This document shows, piece by piece, positions 1-10,063 of a stretch of 64,000 nt of DNA. The notes under the pieces are model-generated. The model ran no database searches. It had not been told where the DNA came from and was given only the letters and a program-made list of their open reading frames with translations. Position numbers and translations under genes: made by a program. Source of the DNA: Henriciella pelagia (GTDB lineage Bacteria; Bacteroidota; Bacteroidia; Flavobacteriales_D; Crocinitomicaceae); the NCBI GenBank assembly GCA_964219255.1, contig CAXPPC010000001.1:154539-218538 (forward strand), written 5' to 3'. Position 1 is the first letter of the stretch. Every line of letters starts with the position of its first letter.

Positions 1-3000
1 CAGTACCATTCAATGTTACCTGAACTCCCGCACAAACAGTTTGATCTGGACCAGCATTGACAATTGGAAGTGGATTTACTGTCACATCAACTTGGTCGGT
101 GTTTATACAACCATTTACATCAGTTCCTGTTACAGTGTATGTAGTAGTACCAATAGGTGAATTGAATGCTACCCCGTCAGTAACTCCGTTATCCCAAGTA
201 TAAGTTGATGCTCCTGTTCCAGACAACGTCACTTGAACACCATCACAAACCGCTTGATCAGGTCCAGCATTAACTACTGGAAGTGGATTCACAGTCACAT
301 CGACTTGATCTGTATTTGTACATCCATTCGCGTCTGTTCCAGTTACTGTATATGTCGTTGTTCCCACAGGCGAATTGAAAGGTACACCATCAACAACTCC
401 ATTATCCCATGCATAAGACTGAGCTCCTGATCCAGAAAGAGTCACTTGGACACCATCACAAACTGTTTGATCAGTTCCAGCATTTACTGCAGGTAATGTA
501 TTTACAGTCACGTCGACTTGATCTGTGTTTACACAACCATTCGCATCAGTTCCTGTTACAACATAAGTTGTAGTTGCACCAACTGGAGGGTTGAAAGCAA
601 CTCCGTCAGTAACACCATTATTCCATGAATAAGACTGAGCGCCTGATCCAGAAAGAGTAACTTGTACTCCATCACAAACCGTTTGATCAGTTCCAGCATT
701 TACTATTGGTAGTGCATTCACTGTTACGATTGCATCACCTGTGTTTGTACAACCATTTGCATCAGTACCTGTTACAGTGTATGTATTCGTTGAAGTTGGA
801 GCAAAAGCCACACCGTCAACGACACCGTTCGACCATACATAAGAAACTGCTCCTGTACCATTTAATACTACTTGATCACCATTACAAATCACCTCATCAT
901 TTCCATCAACTGTTGGAAGTGGGTTAACAGTTACATCGACTTGGTCTGAATTAACACAACCACTAGCGTCAGTTCCAGTTACTGTATAAGTCGTTGTTCC
1001 AATTGGAGAATTAAAAGGTACTCCATCCACAACACCATTATCCCATGCATAAGACTGAGCTCCTGATCCCGATAATGTCACTTGAACACCATCACATACT
1101 GTTTGATCAGCTCCTGCATCGACCGTAGGAAGTGGATTTACTGTTACGTTAACTTGATCTGTATTCACACAGCCATTAGCATCTGTACCTGTAACTACAT
1201 AAGTGGTTGATGTTCCAACAGGAGGATTAAATGCAACTCCGTCAGTAACACCATTATTCCATGCGTAGTTTTGAGCGCCTGATCCTGATAATGTTACTTG
1301 AACACCATCACAAACTGTTTGGTCTGGTCCTGCATTAACATTCGGCAATGGATTTACAGTGATATCAACTTGATCCGTGTTCACACATCCGTTAACATCA
1401 GTTCCTGTAACTGTGTACGTCGTAGTTCCAACTCCTTGAGTAAAGGCTACTCCGTTTGTTACTCCATTATCCCAAGTTAAAGTAGCTGCTCCTGTTGCAT
1501 TCAGTGTAGTTGATACTCCATCACAAACTGTTTGATCTACACCCGCGTTAACATTCGGAAGCGGGTTTACAACTAAAGTCACGTTCGATACACTATCACA
1601 TCCAGTTGGAAGTACAAATGTTTGAGAATATGTTCCTGCAACAGTTTCCGTGTTTCCATGAATAATAGCAGATCCACCTTGACAAATTTCGACAGATGAA
1701 TTATAGTTTATCACACTATTTTCTGTAACCGTAAATGTTGCTGAAGTTCCAGAACATCCAAATGAATTAGTTACTGTAACAGAAATTGGATTATCCGCTG
1801 TTGTTACTGTTGCGGTTGGAGTTGTAACTCCAGTAGTCCAACTGTAAGTAGTATATGTATTCGTTGTAGAAAGTGTTGTATTTGATCCCGTACAGTAGCT
1901 TGTTGCACCATTGATAACAGGAGTTGGATTTGGGTTTACTGTAATTGAAACTTGATCTGAATTAGAACAACCATTAGCATCAGTTCCTACAACAGTATAA
2001 ACTACTGTGGAAACACCTTGCGTGAACGCCACTCCGTCAGTCACTCCGTTATCCCATACATAAGATGTTGCTCCAGATCCCGCTAATGTCACTTGTGTTC
2101 CTTCACAAACCGTTTGGTCTGGTCCTGCATTGACTGTTGGAAGTGGATTTACTGTAACATCTACTTGATCTGTATTTGTACACCCATTCGCATCAGTACC
2201 TGTTACTGTATATGTAGTTGTTGTTCCTACCGGTGGATTAAATGCTACCCCATCAGTAACACCATTATCCCATGTGTAAGATACCGCACCAGAACCTGCA
2301 AGTGTTACTTGTACTCCCTCACAAACTGTCTGATCAGTTCCAGCATTAACCGTTGGAAGTGGATTTACTGTAACATCAACTTGATCTGTATTGACACAAC
2401 CATTTGCATCCGTTCCTGTAACTGTGTATGTAGTTGTAGTCCCAACTGGTGGGTTAAATGCTACTCCATCAGTAACTCCATTATCCCATACATAAGATGT
2501 TGCACCTGATCCAGCCAACGTTACCTGAACACCTTCACAAACCGTTTGATCTGTCCCGGCATTCACCGCTGGTAGTGGATTTACAGTCACCGTAGCTGTC
2601 CCTGTGTTTTGACATCCATTAGCATCCGTCCCAGTTACTGTATATGTTGTTGTAGCTGCCGGTGTAAAAGGAACGCCATCAGTTACACCATTATTCCATG
2701 TATATGATACTGCTCCTGTACCATTTAAAGTAACAAGGTCACCGGCACAAATTGTTTCATCATTACCATCAACAGTTGGTAATGGGTTTACTGTTACGTC
2801 GACTTGATCTGTATTGACACATCCATTTACATCAGTTCCTGTAACCGTATATGTAGTTGTTCCAATTGGAGCATTAAAAGGTACCCCATTTGTTACACCG
2901 TTATCCCAAGAATATGAATTTGCTCCAGAACCAGATAATGTAACTTGAATTCCATCACAAACCGTTTGATCCGTTCCTGCATTCACAGTAGGAAGAGCGT

Positions 3001-3700
3001 TCACTGTTACGTCAACTTGATCTGTATTTACACATCCGTTAGCATCTGTTCCAGTTACTGTATAAGTTGTAGTTGTTCCAACCGGTGGATTAAATGGTAC
3101 TCCGTCAGAAACTCCATTATCCCATACATAAGATGTTGCCCCAGAAGCTGCAAGTGTTACTTGTACCCCTTCACAAACTGTTTGGTCTGTCCCGGCATTC
3201 ACCGCTGGAAGTGGATTAACAGTAACTACAACTTGATCAGTTCCAGAACAACCATTTGCATCCGTTCCTGTTACCGTATATGTTGTTGTGGAAGTTGGAG
3301 AAACTACATGAGAAGCTCCAGCTCCTAGTCCATTATCCCAAGTGTAAGTTGAACCACCAGAAGCTGTTAATGTTGTGTTATCACCAGAACAAATTGTAAC
3401 ATCAGCTCCTGCACTAATTGGCGCGTTCGAAAGCACAGTTACAGTCAACGGAGCCGTATTCACACAACCATTTGCATCAGTCCCAGTTACAGTATATGTT
3501 GTAGTTGACGCAGGAGAAACAGTATGTGTTTGACCAGCACCTACTCCATTATTCCAAGTATAAGAAACTGCTCCAGTGGCAGTAATAGAAACTGAGCCAC
3601 CGACACAAACTGAAACATCATTAGTAACAATAGTTGGTAATGGATTAACCGTAATTGTCTGAGTACTTGTTTGAGGACAAGGTCCGTTAGTTGTGTACTC
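1..3700 (-). repeat. Tandem coding repeats of ~213-216 nt (71-72 aa), at least 16 copies, interrupted by a different module at ~1560-2060.
   Basis: The marker ccatcacaaac(c/t)gtttgatc recurs at ~35, 247, 457, 670, 880, 1090, 1306, 1517, 2103, 2325, 2534, 2745, 2953, 3170, 3385 and 3605. Several neighbouring copies look ~85-90% identical at DNA level by eye. Confidence 0.85.
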
Positions 3701-6460
3701 TACTGTGTAAGTTGTTCCTCCAACACCATTAGAGATAACTCCCGTAGTTGGGTTAATTGTTGCTCCATCAGTTGGCACAGGATTAAATGCAAAAGTACCT
3801 CCTGCGAGACCAGTAACTGTTGCCGGTGCTGAGTTACCACCAACACAATAATCTGTTAAAGTAAATGATGCGTCATCAAGTGGATTAACAGTAACAGTTG
3901 CTGTTCCAGTATTTTGACATCCATTCGCGTCTGTACCTGTTACGGTATATGTAGCGGTTGCTGCTGGTGTAAAAGGAACACCATCTGTTACTCCATTATT
4001 CCATGTGTAAGAAACGGCACCTGTACCATTCAGGGTAACTTGATCACCTTGACAAACAGTCTCATCGTTTCCATCCACAATTGGTAAAGGATTGATCGTA
4101 ACATCAAAAGTTGTACTTGCGAAACATACTGGATCTGGTGTTGTATAAGTCACCGTATAAGTTCCAGGTGTAGAAGCACCAAGGTTGATTGTACCCGTAG
4201 TTCCGTTAATTGACAATCCAGCTGTAGAAGTAAAAGTACCCCCTGCGTCACCAGTAATTGTTGGTGTTGGATCAGTGTCATTGATACAATATGTAGCTTG
4301 TGGATATGTAAAAGCCGGATCTTCCAGTCCTACGAATGTTCCAGTAATTGTTACAGCACACCCATTACCATCAACAATATCATATGAGTAGACATCTCCA
4401 TCTACCAAACCACCAATGACTATTGTACCTCCATCCGGCACACTACCTGTATTCACAGTAGCTGTAGCGGGTGAGACATTCTGCACCGTAAAGTTGGAAC
4501 CATCCACTCCTGGCAAACCACCACTAACCGTAGTACTTACAGTCCCAGCCTGACAATCTTCAACCGTAGTTTCGATAACCTCCGGTAAATATTGAACTGA
4601 GAAGATCGGACCAGTTGCGTAACAAGGTGCCGAAGTATTCACAAAACTGTATGTTCCATTTGAAAGTGAATAAAAAGTAACCGGCAAGAAGTAAAGTGTA
4701 TTATTAGATGGCAAAGAACCTCCATTACTAGTAGCGGCATTCAGATAGAACATATCATTAAAGTCTGTCATGTTGTTACCTGGAATATAAAATTCCAAAC
4801 ATGGATCCAGATGTAGAGAATCAGTAGTAACTGTCGCTGCATTTAAACCGTAAGTTGGAGGACATGAATAAACCATGTACCCTATTCCTGGATCATAAGT
4901 AGGTCCAGGCGGATTGAATTGCTCATCTGCAGGTGTCCAATCGTTATTCGTATTAATTGAGTATGTATCCCCCCAACACAATGTAAAGTCATTTCCAGAC
5001 TGAGTTCCTGTGGTCGAAGTTGAGAACGTCCCAATATCTGCGTTACAATCACAAGCTACAGGCGATGTAGATGTTAATGTAATTGAACATGTAGGGTCGG
5101 CACTGAATGAAACTGTCACGGTTACCGGAGTACCATCAGCTGGAATATTTGAAATCGAATAATTATAGATTTGCCCATCTACGAATGGCGGGTTAAACGT
5201 TTGAGTATATGTACCAGAACTATTTGTTGCCTCAACAATTACCGTTCCTGTACCAGGGTTTCCGGAATATTCGAATACCCCATCGATTGTGAAGACACTT
5301 CCCGTTTGACAAGCACTTAAACTCGCATACAGAGAATCCATATTACAAGATGTACATGGAACAACATTTATCGTTGTTTGATCCGTTGCATCACAAGGTG
5401 AAGAACCAATGTCATATGTGATTGTATAAGTACCAGGCCCAACTGAAGCTGGATCAAAAAGTCCTCCTGCTGTAACTCCAGACCCCGACCAAGTTCCTCC
5501 ATTATCCACCGCGTTCAATTGAACAGGCGCATCTGTATCACATAAAGTTGGAACCGAGGTAATTGTAGGATCTGGCGGACCAGTTTGAGCAGATGGCGGT
5601 CCCGCTAATTCAAGTGTAAAGTTTGTTGGATTTCCAGTAGATGTTGTAGCTTGCCAATTCTCAACGACAATAAACACTACATCACCAGCATTCACTAATG
5701 GTGCAGCTGTACTTGAAGCACAAGGAAAAGCCGTTCCAATTTGATTACAACCACTACTAGAAGTTGCATAACTACAAGCAATTTCATTATTTACGTCAAG
5801 CGCTGCAACACAAGGATCAACTCCAGCAGGAACATTAAAAATTGCCACATCGAGGAATCCAGATGTTGTATTTCCTAAGATTGATAAATCTAAAGGACCG
5901 CTTTGAGTAATATACAGCGTGATATAAGCGAAAGTACTTGTTGAAAGCCAATCCAAACAGCTACTTACTGCTGGACCAGGAGTCCCAAAACCAAATGGTC
6001 CAGCTACTCCAGATGTACAAATTGTCGTATTCGTGTTACAGCCAGAGCCGCTTGCTATTGGCGGAGTAACCGAAACTGTTAAATCCATACATGTTGAATT
6101 TGACGTACACGGAAACTCATCAACCAAAAGTTGAACAGTTCCAGTAAATGTAGCTGTCCAAACGATAGTAGATTGCAAACCACAATCATCATCATTAAAT
6201 GATATGAATGTTCCTGTGCTTGTTAATAGTGTCAACTGCGTATCGAAAGCAGTATTTCCACACGTTGTGAAGGTGTATTCATTTCCTGCTACAACATCTA
6301 TTGTAACGTATTCACCACCATAAATACATGGAACCGTTGTAGAACCTGGTATACTTGGTGGTGTAGCCGTTGTATAAAAAGTGTTGTCATCTGGACATTG
6401 AGATAATGCCAGTTGTCCAAAAAACAAAACACTTGCTAGTAGAATTAGTAAATTTTTCAT
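1..6460 (-). CDS. Giant secreted cell-surface adhesin, N-terminal ~2153 codons; the 3' end lies beyond the window start. Contains tandem Ig/PKD-like repeats.
   Basis: Not in the ORF track because it runs off the window. The reverse complement from ATG at 6460-6458 reads MKNLLILLASVLFFGQLALSQCPDD (signal peptide). Frame spot-checks at ~5000 (ADIGTFSTSTTGTQS) and ~450 (DGVQVTLSGSGAQSYAWDNGVVDGVPFNSPVGTTTYTVTGTDANGCTNTDQVDVTVNPLPVVNAGPDQAVCD) agree with the start-codon frame. Only short Cys-rich shadow ORFs occur on the + strand. Confidence 0.85.
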   Translation of the reverse strand, partial: MKNLLILLASVLFFGQLALSQCPDDNTFYTTATPPSIPGSTTVPCIYGGEYVTIDVVAGNEYTFTTCGNTAFDTQLTLLTSTGTFISFNDDDCGLQSTIVWTATFTGTVQLLVDEFPCTSNSTCMDLTVSVTPPIASGSGCNTNTTICTSGVAGPFGFGTPGPAVSSCLDWLSTSTFAYITLYITQSGPLDLSILGNTTSGFLDVAIFNVPAGVDPCVAALDVNNEIACSYATSSSGCNQIGTAFPCASSTAAPLVNAGDVVFIVVENWQATTSTGNPTNFTLELAGPPSAQTGPPDPTITSVPTLCDTDAPVQLNAVDNGGTWSGSGVTAGGLFDPASVGPGTYTITYDIGSSPCDATDQTTINVVPCTSCNMDSLYASLSACQTGSVFTIDGVFEYSGNPGTGTVIVEATNSSGTYTQTFNPPFVDGQIYNYSISNIPADGTPVTVTVSFSADPTCSITLTSTSPVACDCNADIGTFSTSTTGTQSGNDFTLCWGDTYSINTNNDWTPADEQFNPPGPTYDPGIGYMVYSCPPTYGLNAATVTTDSLHLDPCLEFYIPGNNMTDFNDMFYLNAATSNGGSLPSNNTLYFLPVTFYSLSNGTYSFVNTSAPCYATGPIFSVQYLPEVIETTVEDCQAGTVSTTVSGGLPGVDGSNFTVQNVSPATATVNTGSVPDGGTIVIGGLVDGDVYSYDIVDGNGCAVTITGTFVGLEDPAFTYPQATYCINDTDPTPTITGDAGGTFTSTAGLSINGTTGTINLGASTPGTYTVTYTTPDPVCFASTTFDVTINPLPIVDGNDETVCQGDQVTLNGTGAVSYTWNNGVTDGVPFTPAATATYTVTGTDANGCQNTGTATVTVNPLDDASFTLTDYCVGGNSAPATVTGLAGGTFAFNPVPTDGATINPTTGVISNGVGGTTYTVEYTTNGPCPQTSTQTITVNPLPTIVTNDVSVCVGGSVSITATGAVSYTWNNGVGAGQTHTVSPASTTTYTVTGTDANGCVNTAPLTVTVLSNAPISAGADVTICSGDNTTLTASGGSTYTWDNGLGAGASHVVSPTSTTTYTVTGTDANGCSGTDQVVVTVNPLPAVNAGTDQTVCEGVQVTLAASGATSYVWDNGVSDGVPFNPPVGTTTTYTVTGTDANGCVNTDQVDVTVNALPTVNAGTDQTVCDGIQVTLSGSGANSYSWDNGVTNGVPFNAPIGTTTYTVTGTDVNGCVNTDQVDVTVNPLPTVDGNDETICAGDLVTLNGTGAVSYTWNNGVTDGVPFTPAATTTYTVTGTDANGCQNTGTATVTVNPLPAVNAGTDQTVCEGVQVTLAGSGATSYVWDNGVTDGVAFNPPVGTTTTYTVTGTDANGCVNTDQVDVTVNPLPTVNAGTDQTVCEGVQVTLAGSGAVSYTWDNGVTDGVAFNPPVGTTTTYTVTGTDANGCTNTDQVDVTVNPLPTVNAGPDQTVCEGTQVTLAGSGATSYVWDNGVTDGVAFTQGVSTVVYTVVGTDANGCSNSDQVSITVNPNPTPVINGATSYCTGSNTTLSTTNTYTTYSWTTGVTTPTATVTTADNPISVTVTNSFGCSGTSATFTVTENSVINYNSSVEICQGGSAIIHGNTETVAGTYSQTFVLPTGCDSVSNVTLVVNPLPNVNAGVDQTVCDGVSTTLNATGAATLTWDNGVTNGVAFTQGVGTTTYTVTGTDVNGCVNTDQVDITVNPLPNVNAGPDQTVCDGVQVTLSGSGAQNYAWNNGVTDGVAFNPPVGTSTTYVVTGTDANGCVNTDQVNVTVNPLPTVDAGADQTVCDGVQVTLSGSGAQSYAWDNGVVDGVPFNSPIGTTTYTVTGTDASGCVNSDQVDVTVNPLPTVDGNDEVICNGDQVVLNGTGAVSYVWSNGVVDGVAFAPTSTNTYTVTGTDANGCTNTGDAIVTVNALPIVNAGTDQTVCDGVQVTLSGSGAQSYSWNNGVTDGVAFNPPVGATTTYVVTGTDANGCVNTDQVDVTVNTLPAVNAGTDQTVCDGVQVTLSGSGAQSYAWDNGVVDGVPFNSPVGTTTYTVTGTDANGCTNTDQVDVTVNPLPVVNAGPDQAVCDGVQVTLSGTGASTYTWDNGVTDGVAFNSPIGTTTYTVTGTDVNGCINTDQVDVTVNPLPIVNAGPDQTVCAGVQVTLNGT

Positions 6461-6476
6461 TGCTCTGGGAGTAAGT

Positions 6477-6908
6477 CTATTCAGTGATTATTTCGTATCG
6501 TTCTGGGTGAGCCAAGATTTCCTTTTGAGATCTTTCAGGCATTGCATCAAAATCAGTCTTTAAGATTTTCTTCTTAGTGATTGCAGGTTTTTCCGCGGAC
6601 TGATTAAAAGTGCTGAGATATGATTCTGTTGAAAACTTCACATCTAACAATGCGTTCTTCTTGATATTAAGTTGGGAGATTTCATTTTCAATTGGATCAG
6701 TATTTCTCGTTTTATCCGCTTTCAATTCTTCGAGTCTAGATTCCAAAACAGAAATTCTCTCATCAACCTGACTTATTTCAAGAATAGTTTGATCTAATTT
6801 TTGCTGCATTCCCACAATGTCAGCTGCCTTATCCTGTGCGTTCGCATTAAATGATGACAGAACAGACATTAGTACTCCTAGTAGTAGATATTTTTTCATA
6901 ATACTCAA
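6477..6908 (-). CDS. Hypothetical secreted coiled-coil protein (143 aa).
   Basis: Signal peptide MKKYLLLGVLMSVLSSFNANAQ. Heptad-like segment QQKLDQTILEISQVDERISVLESRLEELKAD. The stop lies 16 nt upstream of the adhesin ATG on the same strand. Confidence 0.6.
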   Translation of the reverse strand: MSIMKKYLLLGVLMSVLSSFNANAQDKAADIVGMQQKLDQTILEISQVDERISVLESRLEELKADKTRNTDPIENEISQLNIKKNALLDVKFSTESYLSTFNQSAEKPAITKKKILKTDFDAMPERSQKEILAHPERYEIITE

Positions 6909-6960
6909 TTAGTCTGGATAGTGATTACCCAGAACAATTAATTAATCAATAAAATGCTGA

Positions 6961-7200
6961 TTATTTACCCCCGTTTTTGGTGGTTTTTATAGTCGCCTCC
7001 TTTCTTTGAGGGACAGGTTGTTCAGTTGCCTCAACTTTCTTGACACGAACTGGTGCCTTTCGAACAGATGTGGCACTATTTTGTTGTGTTACTTGAACTT
7101 TTTTTGATTCAGAAGCTTCATTTGCGGCCTCCTGAGACTGAGTTTGAGAAAATGCAATTCCGCTTAAAAGCAGTATAAGCATTGTGTTAGTAATACGCAT
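6961..7200 (-). CDS. Hypothetical small Lys-rich secreted protein (~79 aa).
   Basis: The internal Met at 7200 gives MRITNTMLILLLSGIAFSQ (signal-like). The rest is low-complexity and K/Q/E-rich. The longer track ORF starting at 7257 adds a non-signal extension. Confidence 0.4.
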   Translation of the reverse strand: MRITNTMLILLLSGIAFSQTQSQEAANEASESKKVQVTQQNSATSVRKAPVRVKKVEATEQPVPQRKEATIKTTKNGGK

Positions 7201-7305
7201 AGTTTTCGTTGTATGGTTGTAGTATAAACGTTCTTTTTTCTCGTAGGGTTGCCCCAAATTAGTGAAAATTTAACAGAAACAAGAATAAGTTTTAAATAAT
7301 AACTT

Positions 7306-8202
7306 TTAGACTGACAACCAGTTAAATCCTTTGCGCAACATTGAAAGCGTATATTCTTCGGCAGAACCCGATTTAGGCGAATAATTGTACACCCAATTAG
7401 CATCATTAGGTAGGCTCATTAAAATTGATTCCGTTCTACCTCCAGAATATAACCCGAACTTGGTTCCTCGATCATTTACAAGGTTAAATTCTACGTAACG
7501 ACCTCTTCTCAAGTTCATCCAGGCCTTCTCTTCTTCCGTGAATGGTTTCTCGATTCCAAGTTTGACTTGCTCTTCGTAAATTGAAGCAAAAGCATCACCC
7601 AATTCAATGCAAAAAGAAAAGAGCTCATCTTTTGAAATAGAATCATTCTCCGTTTGATGATCAAAGAAAATACCTCCAATCCCCCTAGTTTCGTTTCTAT
7701 GCGGAATAAAGAAATAGTTATCAGCCCATTCCTTAAATTCAGGATAGAAGTTGGCATTGTACTTATCGCAAATTTCTTTAAGTCTAGAATGGAACATTTT
7801 TGCCTGTTCAGGAATGATGTAATGCGGTGTTAAATCAATGCCTCCTCCAAACCAATACTTGCCGTTATCCAGTTCAAAATAACGCACATTCATGTGTATG
7901 ATAGGAACATGTGGATTTTGAGGATGCAATACGATTGAAACTCCTGTCGCAAAAAATGAATCTCCTGTGATCTCCGTATTTTGCTTCATTGCTGGTGTGA
8001 CTTGACCATGAACCTCGGAGAAATTAACCCCTCCTTTTTCAATCACATTTCCTAATGTAATAATGCGTGTTCTTCCGCCACCGCCTTCTTCTCTACTCCA
8101 TTTGTCTTCTTGAAAGACTGATTTACCATCAATTTTTTCAAGCTGTTGACAAATTCTATCTTGGAGATTCATCATCTCCTGAGCAATGACTTCTTTATTC
8201 AT
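7306..8202 (-). CDS. hemF: Oxygen-dependent coproporphyrinogen III oxidase.
   Basis: Family hallmarks are present: WSREEGGGGRTRII, GVSIVLHPQNPHVPIIHMNVRYFE, WFGGGIDLTP, HRNETRGIGGIFFD. Confidence 0.93.
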   Translation of the reverse strand: MNKEVIAQEMMNLQDRICQQLEKIDGKSVFQEDKWSREEGGGGRTRIITLGNVIEKGGVNFSEVHGQVTPAMKQNTEITGDSFFATGVSIVLHPQNPHVPIIHMNVRYFELDNGKYWFGGGIDLTPHYIIPEQAKMFHSRLKEICDKYNANFYPEFKEWADNYFFIPHRNETRGIGGIFFDHQTENDSISKDELFSFCIELGDAFASIYEEQVKLGIEKPFTEEEKAWMNLRRGRYVEFNLVNDRGTKFGLYSGGRTESILMSLPNDANWVYNYSPKSGSAEEYTLSMLRKGFNWLSV

Positions 8203-10018
8203 GATTATCGATGTCGATCAATTCATACTCCTTTTGTTCGATCATGAAAACTCCATCATTGACATATCCAGCTTTGCCAGACAACTGTCTCATATTGAAT
8301 TTCGACATTAGTAAATGAGGATTTTGGTTTCCTCCGAGTAAGGTATTTGTAAAGTAGGTAATGACATCATAACCATGCGCTGCCATTCTTGAAAGATCTG
8401 TATTGTATTTTTTACGATAAATTTTATTCATCGCAACAACATCTTCTTTGTAATAATCCAAGAAGTTTGGACTAGCATAATGGAAGTTGAATTTATTTTT
8501 GTACATACTACTGATGTCATCAAAATTCATCCACTCTTTCGTTCCGTATACAAATAAATTTTTCGGACTTGATCTAAATGCCGAGCGATTTAAACTATTC
8601 ATGAATTTCATCGCAGTCGCACGATCATTCGTTGGCATTACGAAAATGGTCTTCACTCCTCTTTTAATTTGTCCCGTAAATGTCCCCAGTGTGCTTTCGA
8701 CGTAAGTTACGCGAACTCCATCCCCTCTTCCAACTCCGAATCTTTCCTTAAAAGCATTATACAACGGCATATCCGATTCCTTTTCAGGCTTAACCAGAAC
8801 AATATGATCTGTAGCATTATGATCGAGCATATACACTGCCATTTGCGCCATTAATCTTTCAGACGAAGGAACAGCTTGATAAACCAAACGATTTGATTCT
8901 ACAACCGCATCATCAATAGTAGCTGGCGCCACCATTCTAATTTTATTCGCTTTACAGAAATCAGCCACAACTGGAACATGTTTTCCGAACATAGGTCCTA
9001 TTATCATATCAGCAGAGAGCACCTCCAGTTTTGACATCAATGAGACAACAGTAGCTGAATCGTTCTTCGTATCCAAGACAGTCAAATTCAAATTAAGCCC
9101 AGCCTTCTCTAAACTATCAACTGCCAATTCGACTCCCATATAGAATTGAGTAGCCAAATCCGTAATGCGTTTTGTACTTTTTGAAGATGAACCCAAATAA
9201 AAAGGAAGCATCAAAACAATATTGTATGATTCTTTTTCCGCAAAATAAACAGGTCCTTCACCCTCCGGATCGTAATCGCTTGGGACATCTTTAATCTCTA
9301 CACGCTCAATTCGTTCTTGTTTAACTGGAATAATAAGTACTTGTCCCTCTTTAATTGAAGAAGAAGTGAGTCCGTTAATTTTCATGATTTCCTCAATTGA
9401 GACCATAAAACGCTTCGAAACACTATACATCGTTTCGTGAGCCATCACAATATGACGGATAGTTGAATCGCTAAATTTAAAACTTACTTCCTCGAGACTT
9501 CCATCCGCCTTTTCAATTGTATCCAGAATAAAAGGATTCGGTACGTCAGAGACATCTGTTTCATCTGTCTGATTGGTATTTGTCTCAAAAGGATCAGCTA
9601 CAGCTGTTTCATTCACAGGCACTTTAATTTCCTGTCCTTTTTTCAACCCTTGCTCCAATTCCGGATTCAACAACATAAGATCATCTATTGACACTTTGAA
9701 TTTCTTAGAAATCCCATAAAGCGTTTCACCTTTCTTTACTTTATAAGTGTCAGTCGGCATTTTTTGAGCTGATTCAGCAGTCACAGGAATATACACGTTC
9801 TGACCAGCTTTCAATCCATTTTTCAAATCTGGATTTTCAGCAACGATCTCTTCCACTGGAACTCCATACATTGTTTGAAGTCCCCAAAGTGTATTTCCTT
9901 CTTGAACCTTATGCTCGTAGTAACGCTTACCGTTCATTTCTTTGATTGGTGCAGTTCCTGGCTGAGCAAAAACAGCAACACCGATCAACAAGAAAATTCC
10001 TGTCAATAATTTCTTCAT
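8195..10018 (-). CDS. LysM-repeat protein fused to a type-1 periplasmic-binding-protein-like domain.
   Basis: Signal peptide, then three LysM-like units (HKVQEGNTLWGLQTMYGV, YKVKKGETLYGISKKFKV, HIVMAHETMYSVSKRFMV), then a ~350 aa PBP1-like C-terminal part. The stop overlaps the hemF start by 8 nt. Confidence 0.8.
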   Translation of the reverse strand: MKKLLTGIFLLIGVAVFAQPGTAPIKEMNGKRYYEHKVQEGNTLWGLQTMYGVPVEEIVAENPDLKNGLKAGQNVYIPVTAESAQKMPTDTYKVKKGETLYGISKKFKVSIDDLMLLNPELEQGLKKGQEIKVPVNETAVADPFETNTNQTDETDVSDVPNPFILDTIEKADGSLEEVSFKFSDSTIRHIVMAHETMYSVSKRFMVSIEEIMKINGLTSSSIKEGQVLIIPVKQERIERVEIKDVPSDYDPEGEGPVYFAEKESYNIVLMLPFYLGSSSKSTKRITDLATQFYMGVELAVDSLEKAGLNLNLTVLDTKNDSATVVSLMSKLEVLSADMIIGPMFGKHVPVVADFCKANKIRMVAPATIDDAVVESNRLVYQAVPSSERLMAQMAVYMLDHNATDHIVLVKPEKESDMPLYNAFKERFGVGRGDGVRVTYVESTLGTFTGQIKRGVKTIFVMPTNDRATAMKFMNSLNRSAFRSSPKNLFVYGTKEWMNFDDISSMYKNKFNFHYASPNFLDYYKEDVVAMNKIYRKKYNTDLSRMAAHGYDVITYFTNTLLGGNQNPHLLMSKFNMRQLSGKAGYVNDGVFMIEQKEYELIDIDNHE

Positions 10019-10063
10019 ATCTTAAAATTACGCATTAGATTTTACAATTCTTGTGCCACACAA

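Noticed and set aside
233-3328. A series of Cys-rich + strand ORFs (233-430, 1298-1480, 2093-2509, 2945-3328 and others) with repeating sequences such as TNRLIRSSINYWKWI.
   Set aside because: They lie antisense to the giant minus-strand adhesin frame and inherit its periodicity. They have no signal peptides or start context, and they are broken by stops between repeats, whereas the minus frame is continuous. They are shadow ORFs.
1-3700. Regular ~215-nt periodicity that could superficially suggest a CRISPR-like or satellite array.
   Set aside because: The period is far longer than a CRISPR repeat-spacer unit, and there is no short invariant repeat separated by unique spacers. The whole region is one open reading frame that encodes protein domain repeats.
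7164-7757. ORFs 7164-7406 and 7515-7757 on the minus strand.
   Set aside because: Both largely or entirely overlap hemF in other frames, or overlap its 3' flank. They have no recognisable features, and the hemF frame is unambiguous.
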